A stretch of 64,000 nt of DNA from assembly GCA_023920165.1 (NCBI GenBank), contig CP089278.1:496001-560000 (forward strand), written 5' to 3'. Below the pieces are notes generated by a model. That model was not told the DNA's origin and did no database searches. It saw only the letters and a program-made list of their open reading frames with translations. The DNA comes from Curvularia clavata. Lineage: Eukaryota. A program made the position numbers and the translations under genes. Of this stretch, positions 23,171 to 35,165 are shown piece after piece (the stretch's first letter is position 1; each line of letters opens with the position of its first letter).

Positions 23171-26100
23171 ATCCGGAGGCGGACATGGCGCAGGCGTCTG
23201 GAGTTTTGTTTCATGTATAACGCCTTGGTACTTCCTTTTTCAGAATTGAGCATATTCAGCGTTCGTTTCGGAGGTCGACATGATGCAGGAAGATCTGCTA
23301 TCGAGGGAAGGAGAACGACACGTGGAATGCCGGGCGTTACCTCTGACAGTCGCTTCTTTTCTATTAATGAACCCCCCTTAGGTTTGAATAAATCAATGAA
23401 CTGTTTTTCTTTCTTTCATGATTGGTCGCATGCTCAGTCGTCGTGAACGTAGCCGCTGTGCCGTGGATGGGGGGCTAAACCCGTCCAATCCGCGAATGTC
23501 GCGTAGCCGCGAATAGAAGTGGAGAGTTGATCCCGCACGGTCCCGGAAGGGGGACGGCGCTTCTCCTGAGAAGCGGACAGTTGAGTCCAAGCGGGAAAGC
23601 TGTAGGTATGCAGCAAGCGAAACGACAACGTCGAGGTACGAAGAGCGGAGGTGCGGACGTTGTGGATGTCGTTTTGTCGAGGGGTCAGCGGTGGGGTAAA
23701 TTCGCAGCTCGATCGACACGTGATGGCGCTAAGGGTCGGGGCGGATAGCGTCAGCTAGTGAGGCCGAGGTTGTGCCGATCCCAACTTCTCTACCCCAATG
23801 CTCCCAGGTGGATCACCACTTCGATATCACTTGTGTGCTTTTACGATTTTCTTTCGAGACCAGTCTGTATCTTATGTGTCGAAGCTCTCGTCCAAAACAT
23901 CCCCAGAGACCTGTTTCTCATGAAGCCCAACTCAGCAGTTGACTAACATTCACCCTGTTGTCTCCTACCAGATGTTCGTCGTTGCGTACCGGATTGCAGT
24001 GAAGCATGTGCAGGAGGAAAGGATAGCAGGCCGGGTGAACTAAGTAAGAGGATGTCGTCTCTTCTGATCAGCGAACTCTCGTTCAACGAAAGCTTACTCT
24101 TAGTGGGGTTCGGCTAGACTGGTCGGCTCGGGTTGAGTTCCTCGTCCATGTGGTGCTCGACTGTCCTTCGATCATTCGATGGTATCAGTATAGGCAATGC
24201 TGTCAGAGATGATTGAGGTTCTAAGAGAGTGAAATCAGTCAGAAGAGCCAGGAAGAAAGTCTGGAAATGTTGACTTACGTGGCGAACGCTGAGTGGCCTG
24301 TAAGGCGGTCGATCGCCCTTTCCACGTCGTCCCTGAACCACGCACATCAAAAGCTGCCATAGGCGATATGCCCGCCTTGACAACGATAATACCTTCTCGA
24401 GTGCCGTCTAGTGCGTCTGCCTGCACACGACAATGGGGTTTCGGTGGCGCGAAAGAGCGTGGGAAATGGTTACGGGCCACCCTGGCTTATGAGTATCTTG
24501 TGACCACAGGACTAACATGGCGACTGGGCTTAAGCGCTTGTGGTATACTGCGGTATGTCGCTTGTGTATCGTTGCTTCTGGCTGGATCTAGAGACGCGGC
24601 TAGGTGGATGCGTAAGGCAATACCACAACAGTACGGCCAATGAGTTGACATGATGTGTTGTCAGCAGGCCGACGAGACATGGCTCCTACATGGCATACGA
24701 CCGAGTACCCGTCTTTAAGCTGTAGTTGGGATGTATTGGGCTACAGTCAGTATCACTCTGCTTAGCCGGAACGCATGTAAAGCACTAGGTGGGCCAATCA
24801 GGACATAGAACAGCTCCTCCAGACGTGCTGGGCAACCTGCCCAGTGCCATTTTCATCTCGCTCTACTTCGAATTCGGGCAAATATCCAAGTCGCCTACAC
24901 CGGCGGTACGTACTCTTTGGCGCTCACTAGTTGAGCTTATTCTATTGCGACTACGAGTATTGCGCATGACAACTTTACCCTTTCGGGTCGATATTGCTGT
25001 CCATAGCGCTCCCGCAAATTATATGCATGTCGGGACGGACGCAGAGTTTCTCCCGCACCAATCCGCGCTATACAACGCACGCATTCTGTACGATCCATCG
25101 ACTGTCTTGCTGTTCCTTTCCATTCTTGGCTCCAATAATCGCACGACATTGTCTCGAGCAGAACACGAGCAGAAAATAGGAATATGTGGATTCAGACTAG
25201 GTGAAGTCGTCCTGCGACGAGAGAAACTTGGTGCTTATTTTCATGCCTTCTGAGCCTATGCAGACCTTGTATGACATACGATTGTGGTACAGGGCTCGCC
25301 AAGGGTCCAGCCAATCATAGCCCAGAACAGGCATTCTGCCTCAACTCAAGCCGCCGACTTCGCCCAACAAAACCGTAATATTCACAGCTCACAGGGGCGC
25401 TAAAGCGCGTGCATTGTCTTCAATCGCGAACTCATACCCTATGTAGCAAAAGCTGTCGCGACATCATGATGGCGTTGGAGCTACTTACAGACCCGATATT
25501 CATGGACCCAGTGACGCGCTTAACCTTACACGTACCGGCGGCTCGTCTCGCAGTTAATGTCTAGGATGTCCCCTATCGAACAGCGTAGTGTCTGATCCCC
25601 CACGCCCTGTTCAAGGAGCACGAATAACCACAACAATAGGTGGGTAAATGTCGAGAGGTTCAAGAAAACAGTGTCGACAAAAGGTAAGATCGACACTTGA
25701 TCATACGAGCGAGTGGTTTTTGAATGGAGATGAATTTCGTAGTGTGTAAAGCTAGCTTGAGACCATCTGAGCAACAACTGCTGTCGTCATCTACAGCCCT
25801 GGATTTTTGTGCGTTCGTGGTGGTCACTGTCCCAATACGAACATTTATTCTCGGGTCAACCGTATGTTCCTATATAGCCAATCAAGGTTGATCAACTGAT
25901 ATCGATTTGATTCCCATTGGAAGTTTGCGACTATTGCAATATAAGGGATATCCATCATCATCATCTGTGAGCGTGTTTTTTTTTCTCAATGACCTGGACA
26001 GTGACCGATTAATCAACGCATGGACTGATCGGACGATCGTGTCATGCCCAACAGGGGTTTTCAGAGCCACTTAGAGGAGCTCCTTGACATCACGTTACTT

Positions 26101-26400
26101 ACTAGGTGAAGAATGCCCCCCTAGAAGATGTAAATAGTGTCGGAGGACGCGCCAAACACAACGCATCACGTGAGGGCAAGAGACGTGTGCCTGCCAAGAA
26201 GTCGGCCCTTTCTAGCGCCGATCATCACAACTTCAGGACGCAACGCTTGTCGCATGCAGGGACAGCGTCATTGTTCCTCTCCAAGGCGTTGACGAACAGG
26301 CCTTACTGAGAAGCTTGTGTATTTACACCTTCGTATTCTTCGCTTCACCGGTCTGTGCTCATAACGTCCTTGGTCTCTGCAACACGCCCTTTACAGTGCA

Positions 26401-26966
26401 ATGGGTGTCTGCGCGTCATGCCTAGGAGGACAGAGGTCTTCTGACGCAGATGTGAGTCTCTCGATATACATTTCCATGATAAGGAAGAAGCTGACGGACC
26501 CCCTTATAGCACTCGGACGCTTCACATCTCCTCGGGGATCAGTACCAGCCAAACTATGGCACTGCCAGCAGCACTCACAACATACCTCAGCCCGACCCTG
26601 AGGAGCTTCGCCGCCAGCGAGAGAACCTAGAGCGCATCTGCGCCGAAACGAACGAGTAAGCTCCCTTGCATGCTCCAACTGCGTCGATCCCGGCTCTGAC
26701 GCACCCCCTACAGGCAACTAATTCCCGTTTCACAACCGAGCGCACTCCCGGAGGTCACCGAGCAGCCATCCAAGAATGACGAGTATGCCCACCTCTTCAA
26801 CGAGCGCTTCAAGTCCATCAGACACGGTCGCCCAGCTTCTGCTGGCAACGACGAAGACGACGAAACAACCTGGCTCGAGAACGCTGTGGGCAATCAGGGA
26901 GAAGACGAACTGGAACTGATTAAGCCTGCTAACGGCAAGCTGACGATACAATTTGGCCAGCGATAA
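26401..26966 (+). CDS. LAMTOR1/Ego1(Meh1)-like lipid-anchored vacuolar TORC1/Rag scaffold. Exons 26401-26451, 26510-26655, 26714-26966.
   Basis: N-terminal MGVCASC myristoylation/palmitoylation motif, a dileucine-like DASHLL plus NYG, a helix EELRRQRENLERICAET and a C-terminal LTIQF. Two canonical introns (GTGAGT/CTGAC/TAG and GTAAGC/CTGAC/CAG) keep the frame to TAA at 26964-26966. Confidence 0.78.
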
Positions 26967-27359
26967 ACATGGGATCACGTGGTCAACACCATGACGTATT
27001 TCCCCATGTGTTCGGAGCCCGAAATTGTTTACCTTCTCTGGCACTTGTTTAACTCTCTATTCCATGAACAACCATTCCGGATACCCATAATATTTCCTTT
27101 TTTTTCTTTGTTCCCTGGACTTCTCATTACAGAGCCTTTGGTTCCGCCATTCTCATTTTTCTTAGTGTCAGTGCATCCCATGTCCTAAACTACCATTGCA
27201 CATAACTGTTTCTTTGTTATTCTGTCGTCTCTCCAGCATTCTGCTAGTGACAGAAAAATTAAATAGCATTGTGTGGCACATACAATAATGTCAAATCAGT
27301 ATATCAAGTATGCAATTGGTCGAGTCCGGTTTCACGCACTAGTGTACAATGCTGCCAAA

Positions 27360-27535
27360 CCTCTATGCAGCTATCAAATTCTCAAGGCAGCCGTTGAAAC
27401 TACACAGCCATCGAGACCCAGGCACCCGGCAAACTCGCATACAGCCATCAATCCTCTCATGCGGCTGGTCAAACTCCTATCCAGCTACTGGAATTTCCAC
27501 ACAGCCATCGAAGCCTTATACAGCCATCAAGCCCA
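27360..27535. repeat. Degenerate minisatellite, about 9 units of 17-20 bp with core CAGCCATCRA
   Basis: Cores at about 27368, 27388, 27405, 27423, 27442, 27462, 27482, 27502 and 27521. Four carry exact ACAGCCATC. Confidence 0.6.
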
Positions 27536-27661
27536 GCCTCTTAATGCAAATCCGTCGTAGAAATCAAATCTCCATGCACTCAAGAAAATCACTTTTTTCA
27601 AACAACTCCTCACGTATCCACCGATCCCTCAAATCAATTTCATCATCAAAGAAACCAAAGA

Positions 27662-29494
27662 TCATTCAATCAAATCCTGCACCATCCTCGCCGCCTGTTC
27701 CGCCATCAGCACCTGCAGCTCCGTGGTATATGCTTTATCAATCGCATCTAGCCTGAGATTCAATCCAGGACGCAGGCCGCGCTGGGCCTCGGGGGGCTGC
27801 TTCTTGTAGGTTTGTTTTCCCCAGATGAGCGCACCACTTTGCAGTGTGTTGAAGAGGGCGGCGTTGTCGTCTTGGTCGAGGAGGGGGTTGTTTTGATACT
27901 TGATGGCTTCGTGACGGACGAAGTCGCGGACGGTGTAGGCAGGGATGTGGTGGAAGGCGGAGGCCGCGGGTCCTGAGACGTGGGAGGCGTGGGTGGTAGC
28001 TGCGTGTCCTTGGGTGTGGAGGTTATTCATGTGTTCGTGGAGCGCGTGGGCGGCTACAATCTCTGCGTTTTTGCGAGCAGTAAGGTCGTTGGCGCTCTCG
28101 ATGTGGTGTTGAGAAGAGCATGACGGCTTGTTGTGCATGTGATTTCGAAATGCATACGCCTGCAGGTTGCTTACATGGCCTCGGACAGTGGCTGCATTTG
28201 AACTCTCCGCGTGGCCTTGAACCGTATGTGCTTGTCTAATATGCGCGGATTGTACAGCAGTGGATGCTTGTAATTCATCCAACCCTCGCTTCGTTGTGTC
28301 AGTACTTCAAAGACCTTTCTGTTGCGTGGGGGCGGGTAGAGGACTTACGCTATGCATGGCCAACTGGAAAAGCGATGCCGCTGTACCCAAGACCTCAGGA
28401 TCCTGGACGGGGTCCTTGTACTTGTTCAACTTCTCGCGAACCTTTTCCTGGATGTTCTGGTGGATTTGTTTGGCTGAAGGCTTGGGCTTGCCTCCACGCT
28501 TGATGATGGCGGGGATGTGGGCGACGGGGTTGGATGTGATGGGCTCGCGGCGGGCGAGCAACGGCTCCTTATAGTTCTTGATAGCGTTGTGGTACAAGAT
28601 ATCGTTCTGCGGAGGTTCGCTGGGGGCGCGTCCGGCGGTGGGCTGGGTTTTGGCTGTCTTTGATGAAGCTGGTGCAATTGCTTCGTGGGTTGATGCTAGA
28701 CTAGATCTACGCGCCGCACGTGTAATGGGTGGCTCCTTGGCTGGAGACTGGGGTTCAACTGCGTTCAGTGTTGCCGATGTAAGTGCTTCGTGGGTGGCAG
28801 CCAGGCTCGACCTATGTGTCGCACGTGTAGTTGGCGGCTCTTCACCAGCGGTGGCAAAGGCGCTCTCAGCGAAGGAGACAACAGTCCGAGCGCGCTTGCT
28901 TGGAATTGGAGATGTGTAGTCCGAGTCCTCGGTAGACTTTTCGAGGCTGCTCTCGCTTGGAGTCCTCCTTGCCGGGCGCTTTCTGTTGTTTGGCTTTGCC
29001 GTAGATGAGTCACTCTCTTTTTCCTCGGCGGCGGTATCTACAGGCTGCTCTTGGGCATTACTCTCAGGCTTTTTTGAGTAAACCTCGGTAGGGGAAATGC
29101 TGGGTGGAGGCTTCTTCCTGGCTGTTCTGACTCCGCTCCCACTTGGGACAGCCGGTCCCGGCGTGGGCATGTTACCGTGAACAAGTCCTTTGCCTTCTTG
29201 ATGACGCTTCTGGAAACAAGGCTGGCAGACTTGAAAAGTGCAGCCGGGGCAACGACGCATGACATCCAGATTGCGTTTGTCGCACTCTGTGCACTTGGCT
29301 GTGTGCACGGCTACCCTGGCAAATTGTGTCTCGTCGAGCGTGCATACATTTTGTGCCCTGTCTCCAGGCGTCCGAGGCGTACGAATTGGGAGAGCGTTCT
29401 GGCTACGGACAGAAGTATCTGAGGTTATTGATACGGGTGTGGGTGGTTGGGTTTTCATGGCGTCAGCTGTGTCGGGCATTGTGGGAGAAGCCAT
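27662..29494 (-). CDS. Hypothetical protein with an N-terminal Cys/His zinc-finger-like cluster and long disordered regions. Exons 29494-28349 and 28288-27662.
   Basis: Intron 28289-28348 (GTAAGT...CTGAC...AAG on the minus strand) fuses ORFs 28307-29494 and 27662-28282 in frame. Motif HTAKCTEC...RRCPGC...CQPC...H. Internal repeat EPPxTRAxxRSSLAxTHEA occurs twice. Confidence 0.75.
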
Positions 29495-31801
29495 CTTGCG
29501 ATGTAGCGTGTGGTTTATGAGAACTGTCTTTTTTAGCTATCTGAGCTGAAGCTCTGTTTCTGTGGAGACGAAGGCAATGAGTAAACAAATAGAGCGTTTT
29601 TACAGTGTATTCAAACAGTGAAGACCTGCTGGAGGGAGCGGGGTTGACAGCCTGTGGGCTTTCACTTTCACCTACCACGTGGTGGAAAGGCCATTCACTT
29701 CAGGATGTCTCTCTGGATATGTATGTACTGACGTGTATTAGATTGATTATACAAAATAAGGTAGTAGTAACTGAATTATATGCTTCAAAGAATTGACCTA
29801 ATGTGTGAAACAAGCAGATGGCTGGTTATCTGATATTCGTGATGGAGCTACAATCGAAGTGAGAGCAAACGACGTAGGCAGCTCTCCGTGAAGCAACGCT
29901 GTATTGTCTATTCGGTGTGGGGCGCCTCCAGCTGTCACTGAGGTCATCAGCGCAAGATACGGCTGGTCATGAGCAGATAGTATTTTGAACGTGTTGTATT
30001 CACATTTACGCTTGTGACGGTCAAACGCACGAGCGGTGAGGCTGCGCCGAAGACTGCTGGATGAAGCGAGCATAACATGCCATACAGGGAATAAAAATAA
30101 AAACAAGACATCAAATTGAGGTCAGAGCCAGATTCTGGAGATATGAAAGCATTTATCTCTTCGAATGAGCATAAGACGAGGTGAGCACATTGGCGCTCTG
30201 GCGTAGATTGGGGCCCATTTGATAGTCGGGGATACTGGGACGGCCCCTGACCCCATCTTTTCCATGCGAACAGGCGGGGCCAGTGGGTCGATTCGGTTAC
30301 AAAGTATGATCCTGCAAAATCCACGCTACTGTCTACGAAGTGTCTTTGTCGGCACTACCGAGGTTCGCACGCGAAGTGGATTGTTGGGTCAGGCCTAAGG
30401 CAGGGACAGAGCTTAGTTTTGCATCATCTCCGCCATGGAATGGTCTTTTCGTAGCGGTATGAATACAAGACGACACCCACAATGAAACCAAAGGAGGTTG
30501 TAAGATCGCAAAAGTAGATGAAGCAATACTATGGTGTGTTCACAGATGAATTGAGTAACAAGAGCCGTTTTGCCATAGCGGTGAGAGGAGTCCCGACACC
30601 TGGAACTAGGGAATTGAGGGAAGGGATCCCCATGTAACGCAGATAATGACTTGCGTTCTAGTCGATAAGTCAGCATCGTCTTCTGGGCTGCGGTGTATGG
30701 GAAAGAGATGTGGTTAGCTTGACCCTTGCTCATCGCGTCACCGCTACATGGAAAGACGCTTACCGCATCGGGCACAACCATGACGCCCTAGCTTAACCCT
30801 CGCAATGTTGCGACTCATGGTGAGTCTTGTCGCATCATGGCCGGCCTCATTCGTCACAATTGATATCAACGCGCTGGTGGCTGGCAGTGGCAGATTGTTG
30901 AAAGCTGCATTGTCAGACTTCTGCCTGGAGCTGCCCCGCCCAATCTGTCTGCGTAGGCGCATGCCGCCCACTTTACTCTGCGTATGCGCTTCTCATCGGT
31001 ACTCTTGATCGAGCAAATGGACCCCACGAACCAGGGTATTTATAACGATTGGAGCAGCAGATACGACCTGACGGCGCGGAGTGCAGCATGGTTGACTGAT
31101 GCGTATGAGCTGAGCGGCGGTGAGCAGGCATAAGAGTGCCAGAGTCGAACGCGCCCTAACTAGCCACCCGCTAATCTAGCCAAAGGGCGTTGCAGCCTCT
31201 TGACTGGAGAGCTGCGTTTACTCGTCTGCGGGAACGACTTCTCGCCCACCTGCGACCAACCTGCCCTGGCCCGACATGCGTGTGTCGCGATTAATGGTGC
31301 CCATGCTGGTTCATATACAATAACTTCCATCCCGGCACCCATTGCGTCCCCCTTCGCGGACTACCAATTCACCTCCGGGCCATCGCCAACACGAGAGCAC
31401 CAAGCTGCATCTACGCTGCCAGCCACACCCCGTTTCTTTGGTTGCGCGCTTCGGCTGTCACCAAGCGCATGACAACCTTGTGGCGGTGCTGCAGATCTTA
31501 CAGCCCTCCAGATCCTGGTACAGGGTTGCTCGTTTTTTCTTCTCCTACATACGCTAGGTTGCTGGGGTTCTGGACTCGCTCTCACCGGCCTCCCTCGAAA
31601 CGTCATCAGGTCAACGTTTCCAAAGGGAAACGCGGGTCCTCCCCACCGGCGTCGACGAGAATAAGAAGGCTGCACGTCCGTCCAGCCAGCCTCCCCACCA
31701 CCGACGTGGTCCGCGCCTCAGCCGCACTCTTTCAACGGCAACTTTGCAAACAGCAGGAACCTACAAGATAAACAAAAGGAAACACACCTTCTACCGCCAT
31801 C

Positions 31802-34444
31802 ATGGACCCTGACTTGCCTTCGCCTCCCTTCTACGCGACCATGATGCTCCTGAGCTACATGCACGCTCCCACAGTCGGCTTCTACTACTTGGGAGCGTGC
31901 GTCTTCAGTCTCTGCACTTTGCAGAAGGCGCGAGCAGTACCCCAGAAACGGAGAATCAGCATATTGGCTTTCATGCTCACCATTCTCGTTGCATATGTCG
32001 CAGAGGTCCTCTATTACCTCAGCTGCTCAATAGCAGATGCCGAGTACACGGCTCCGCAGTTCTTGGCAATACGGTGTTTGGGCTCAATACTCGTCTGGGC
32101 TCCTCTGTCATATCTCCTGTGGTCAAGCAAATTGCTGAGGTGGCATGCCTACTTTGGAGCCTTCGTTCTCCAGTTTGCACTCGAGACAACAACATGCCTG
32201 ATTATGGTTTCCACCGAGTCACAACACATTTGGCAAAAGTATCCACCGATACTCATTGGCTGTATTAGAGCCCTCATCTCGCTGCTCTTGCTGGTCGATT
32301 CATTCGTCATTCTCGTCACCAAACAAGCCGAAGCCAGCACAGACGAAGAGCGCCAGTCGCTCCTCGGCAAGCAAGCAAATGGTTCTCCGGCCGCAAGCAC
32401 CCACAGAGGCTATGGTGCCATCCCCCAAGATGATAGCGACAGTGAGGATGGCCCGTCAGAAGAAGACGACAAAGACGTCAAGGCGCAGCAAGCCAAGCGT
32501 CTCGAAGAAGAGGGTGGTTGGTTCGGCTACTTGAAGGGGTTCATGATTTTTCTGCCGTACCTATTTCCAACAAACGACTGGAAAGTCATGGCCTGTCTCG
32601 GTGTCCGACTCGTGCACATGGTGCAAGAGCGAATCCTCAACCTGCTCACGCCCCGACAGCTCGGTATCATCACCACCAAACTACAAGCGGCTTATGAGAC
32701 GAAGAGTGGTGTCATGCCATGGAAGGACATTGGCCTCTGGGTGTTGTATGGCTGGATCAACGGCTATGCTGGGCTTGGCGTCATAGATGGCATGGCAAAT
32801 GTCGTCATCTCAAACTCTGCCTATCGCCGCATTACCTTGCTAGCTTACGAGCATGTCCTGGGTCTGTCCATGGACTTTCACACTTCAAAGGACTCTGGTG
32901 AGGTGCTGAAGGCTGTTGAGCAGGCGTCTTCATTGAATACACTCATCGAAATGGTCCTGTTCGACATCGCGCCAATATTCTTGGATCTGCTTGTTGCCAT
33001 GTACTACGTAACCCACTTGTTCGATGCGTACATGGCATTTATTGTTCTGTTCATGGGTGCAGCATACATTGCCATCGGATTCTACTTTACGACACTGTCC
33101 CAACCCAAGCGACGAGACTATGTTGAGAAGCAACGAGCGGAAAGCTCCACAGTCAACGAGACAGTACACAACTGGCAGACGGTTGCTTACTTCAACCGTT
33201 TGGCATTCGAATACAAGCGCTATGCCGAGAATATTAGCAACACCATCTCGGCACATTATGCGTACTACTTCAGATCCATGGGTGGACACGCTGCGCAAGA
33301 TCTCTTGACTACCCTTGGGTTCTCTGGTGCCTGCGTCTTCGGTATGACGCAAATTGTTGCCGGACGAAAGCCAGTTGGCAACCTCGTCACGCTTATCATG
33401 TATTGGAACACAATGACCTCGCCGCTCTATGTCCTGTCATACAGCTATCGACAAATCACTAGCTCGCTAATCGATGCCGAACGCCTGCTCCAGTTGCTAA
33501 ATACCAAGCCTAGCGTGGCAGACCAGGAGGGCGCCAAGGACATTGTCGTGCACACTGGCGAGGTAGAATTCAAGGACGTCGACTTCCACTACGACGAGCG
33601 CAAGCCAATCATCAAGAGTGTAAACCTCAAAGCTTCAGGCGGTCAGACCATCGCCTTTGTTGGCGAGACGGGTGGCGGAAAGTCAACCATGCTCAAGCTC
33701 CTCTTCCGCTTCTACGACGTGACTAACGGCTCGATCATGATTGATGGGCAAGACCTCCGCTCCGTGACCCAGGCTAGTCTGCGCGATGCCATAGGCCTTG
33801 TGCCTCAAGATCCCGTTTTGTTCAATCAGACAATTCGCCAAAATCTCCGCTATGCCAAACTTGACGCTACCGACACCGAGATTGAAGACGCTTGCCGTGC
33901 TGCTGCCATCCACGAAGACATTGTTGGGTTCCCAGACGGCTACAACTCCAAGGTAGGCGAGCGCGGCGTACGGTTGTCGGGTGGACAACTGCAGCGCATA
34001 GCCATTGCCCGCGTGCTCCTCAAGAACCCTAAGATTGTAATGCTAGACGAAGCAACATCAGCCATTGACTCCTCCATTGAAGCACTCATCCAGCAAGCCT
34101 TCCGCAAGCTAAGTCAAGGCCGCACCACATTTGTGATCGCCCACAGATTGAGCACAATCGCAGACGCAGACCAGATCCTGGTGGTGGAGAAGGGCGAGAT
34201 CATTGAGAGAGGTAGACATCAAGAGCTACTGCAGAATGAGGCGGGCAAGTATGCTGAGCTGTGGAAGAAACAGACGGCGGGGCATTTGTCAAAGGAGATA
34301 AAGACCAAGGACACGAAGGAGGGCGAGGACGAAGATGGAGGTGTGGTTATTGGTGGTGATGAGATTCAGGGGGACGACAAGGCCACAAGCTCAGCGACGG
34401 ATAGTAATGATGTACACGGAGACAACAGCATACGGCGCAAATAA
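31802..34444 (+). CDS. ABC-B half transporter, HMT1/ABCB6 (heavy-metal tolerance) type, with an N-terminal TM extension
   Basis: Intronless 880-aa ORF. Hydrophobic N-terminal extension, TMD, Walker A GETGGGKST, signature LSGGQ, Walker B MLDEAT and AHRLSTI. Confidence 0.92.
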   Translation: MDPDLPSPPFYATMMLLSYMHAPTVGFYYLGACVFSLCTLQKARAVPQKRRISILAFMLTILVAYVAEVLYYLSCSIADAEYTAPQFLAIRCLGSILVWAPLSYLLWSSKLLRWHAYFGAFVLQFALETTTCLIMVSTESQHIWQKYPPILIGCIRALISLLLLVDSFVILVTKQAEASTDEERQSLLGKQANGSPAASTHRGYGAIPQDDSDSEDGPSEEDDKDVKAQQAKRLEEEGGWFGYLKGFMIFLPYLFPTNDWKVMACLGVRLVHMVQERILNLLTPRQLGIITTKLQAAYETKSGVMPWKDIGLWVLYGWINGYAGLGVIDGMANVVISNSAYRRITLLAYEHVLGLSMDFHTSKDSGEVLKAVEQASSLNTLIEMVLFDIAPIFLDLLVAMYYVTHLFDAYMAFIVLFMGAAYIAIGFYFTTLSQPKRRDYVEKQRAESSTVNETVHNWQTVAYFNRLAFEYKRYAENISNTISAHYAYYFRSMGGHAAQDLLTTLGFSGACVFGMTQIVAGRKPVGNLVTLIMYWNTMTSPLYVLSYSYRQITSSLIDAERLLQLLNTKPSVADQEGAKDIVVHTGEVEFKDVDFHYDERKPIIKSVNLKASGGQTIAFVGETGGGKSTMLKLLFRFYDVTNGSIMIDGQDLRSVTQASLRDAIGLVPQDPVLFNQTIRQNLRYAKLDATDTEIEDACRAAAIHEDIVGFPDGYNSKVGERGVRLSGGQLQRIAIARVLLKNPKIVMLDEATSAIDSSIEALIQQAFRKLSQGRTTFVIAHRLSTIADADQILVVEKGEIIERGRHQELLQNEAGKYAELWKKQTAGHLSKEIKTKDTKEGEDEDGGVVIGGDEIQGDDKATSSATDSNDVHGDNSIRRK

Positions 34445-35165
34445 AGGTCAGAGAGGAATACTGTATACATGAGCTACGGCTGCTGTAGATTCATCCGCGT
34501 CTTCTAGAATTGTAAGATAATACAAAAAACTTAATGAACACAATACAAAAGAGTGAGCTTATCTTACTATCTATTGTCATGTATTGACCAGTTTCTCACC
34601 TACATTCAACCCACCGCTCTACTAAGACATCAGCCGCTTCCACCACTCTTCGTCCGCGGACGATTCCTCGGCATTCAGGCAACCATCCGCGGGACGCCGT
34701 ATCTGCACACTACACGTTCGTTCTCTAGCATCACCCGGCACAAGCATCCGGGCAGCCAGTCCACTCAAACAACAATAACGTCGCAGTTACGGCGTGAGAA
34801 TCGGAAGGACTATGCTCCGACGCACGGCCTCTCCTCCGTGCGCCGACCCCGTCTCATTGGCTGCACTCCAGAAACACTGCCACTGAAACCGTTGCTGTAT
34901 GACCCTTTTTTGCATGTACGTAGGCAGGCACATAACTTACGTGGTATATAAAGACCTTCTTTGTTCCCGTCTTATGGCCGGAGTATAGTGTGGGATATTT
35001 TTTTGTCTGTCTGTCCACACCAGACCAAGTTGTCGAATACGTCACGAACGAGCCCTTGCGCTAAAACGGTTCTGGGGTGGCAGCTCGACGACATCTGTCT
35101 CCCTCTGGTTGTGGACCACCCTGCATCAGCATTACACGCCGACCCGACCGTCTCTCACCACCAAT

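Noticed and set aside
27360..27535. CRISPR-like reading of the spaced repeat
   Set aside because: Eukaryotic context, ~10-bp degenerate cores, 7-10-bp spacers and no cas genes.
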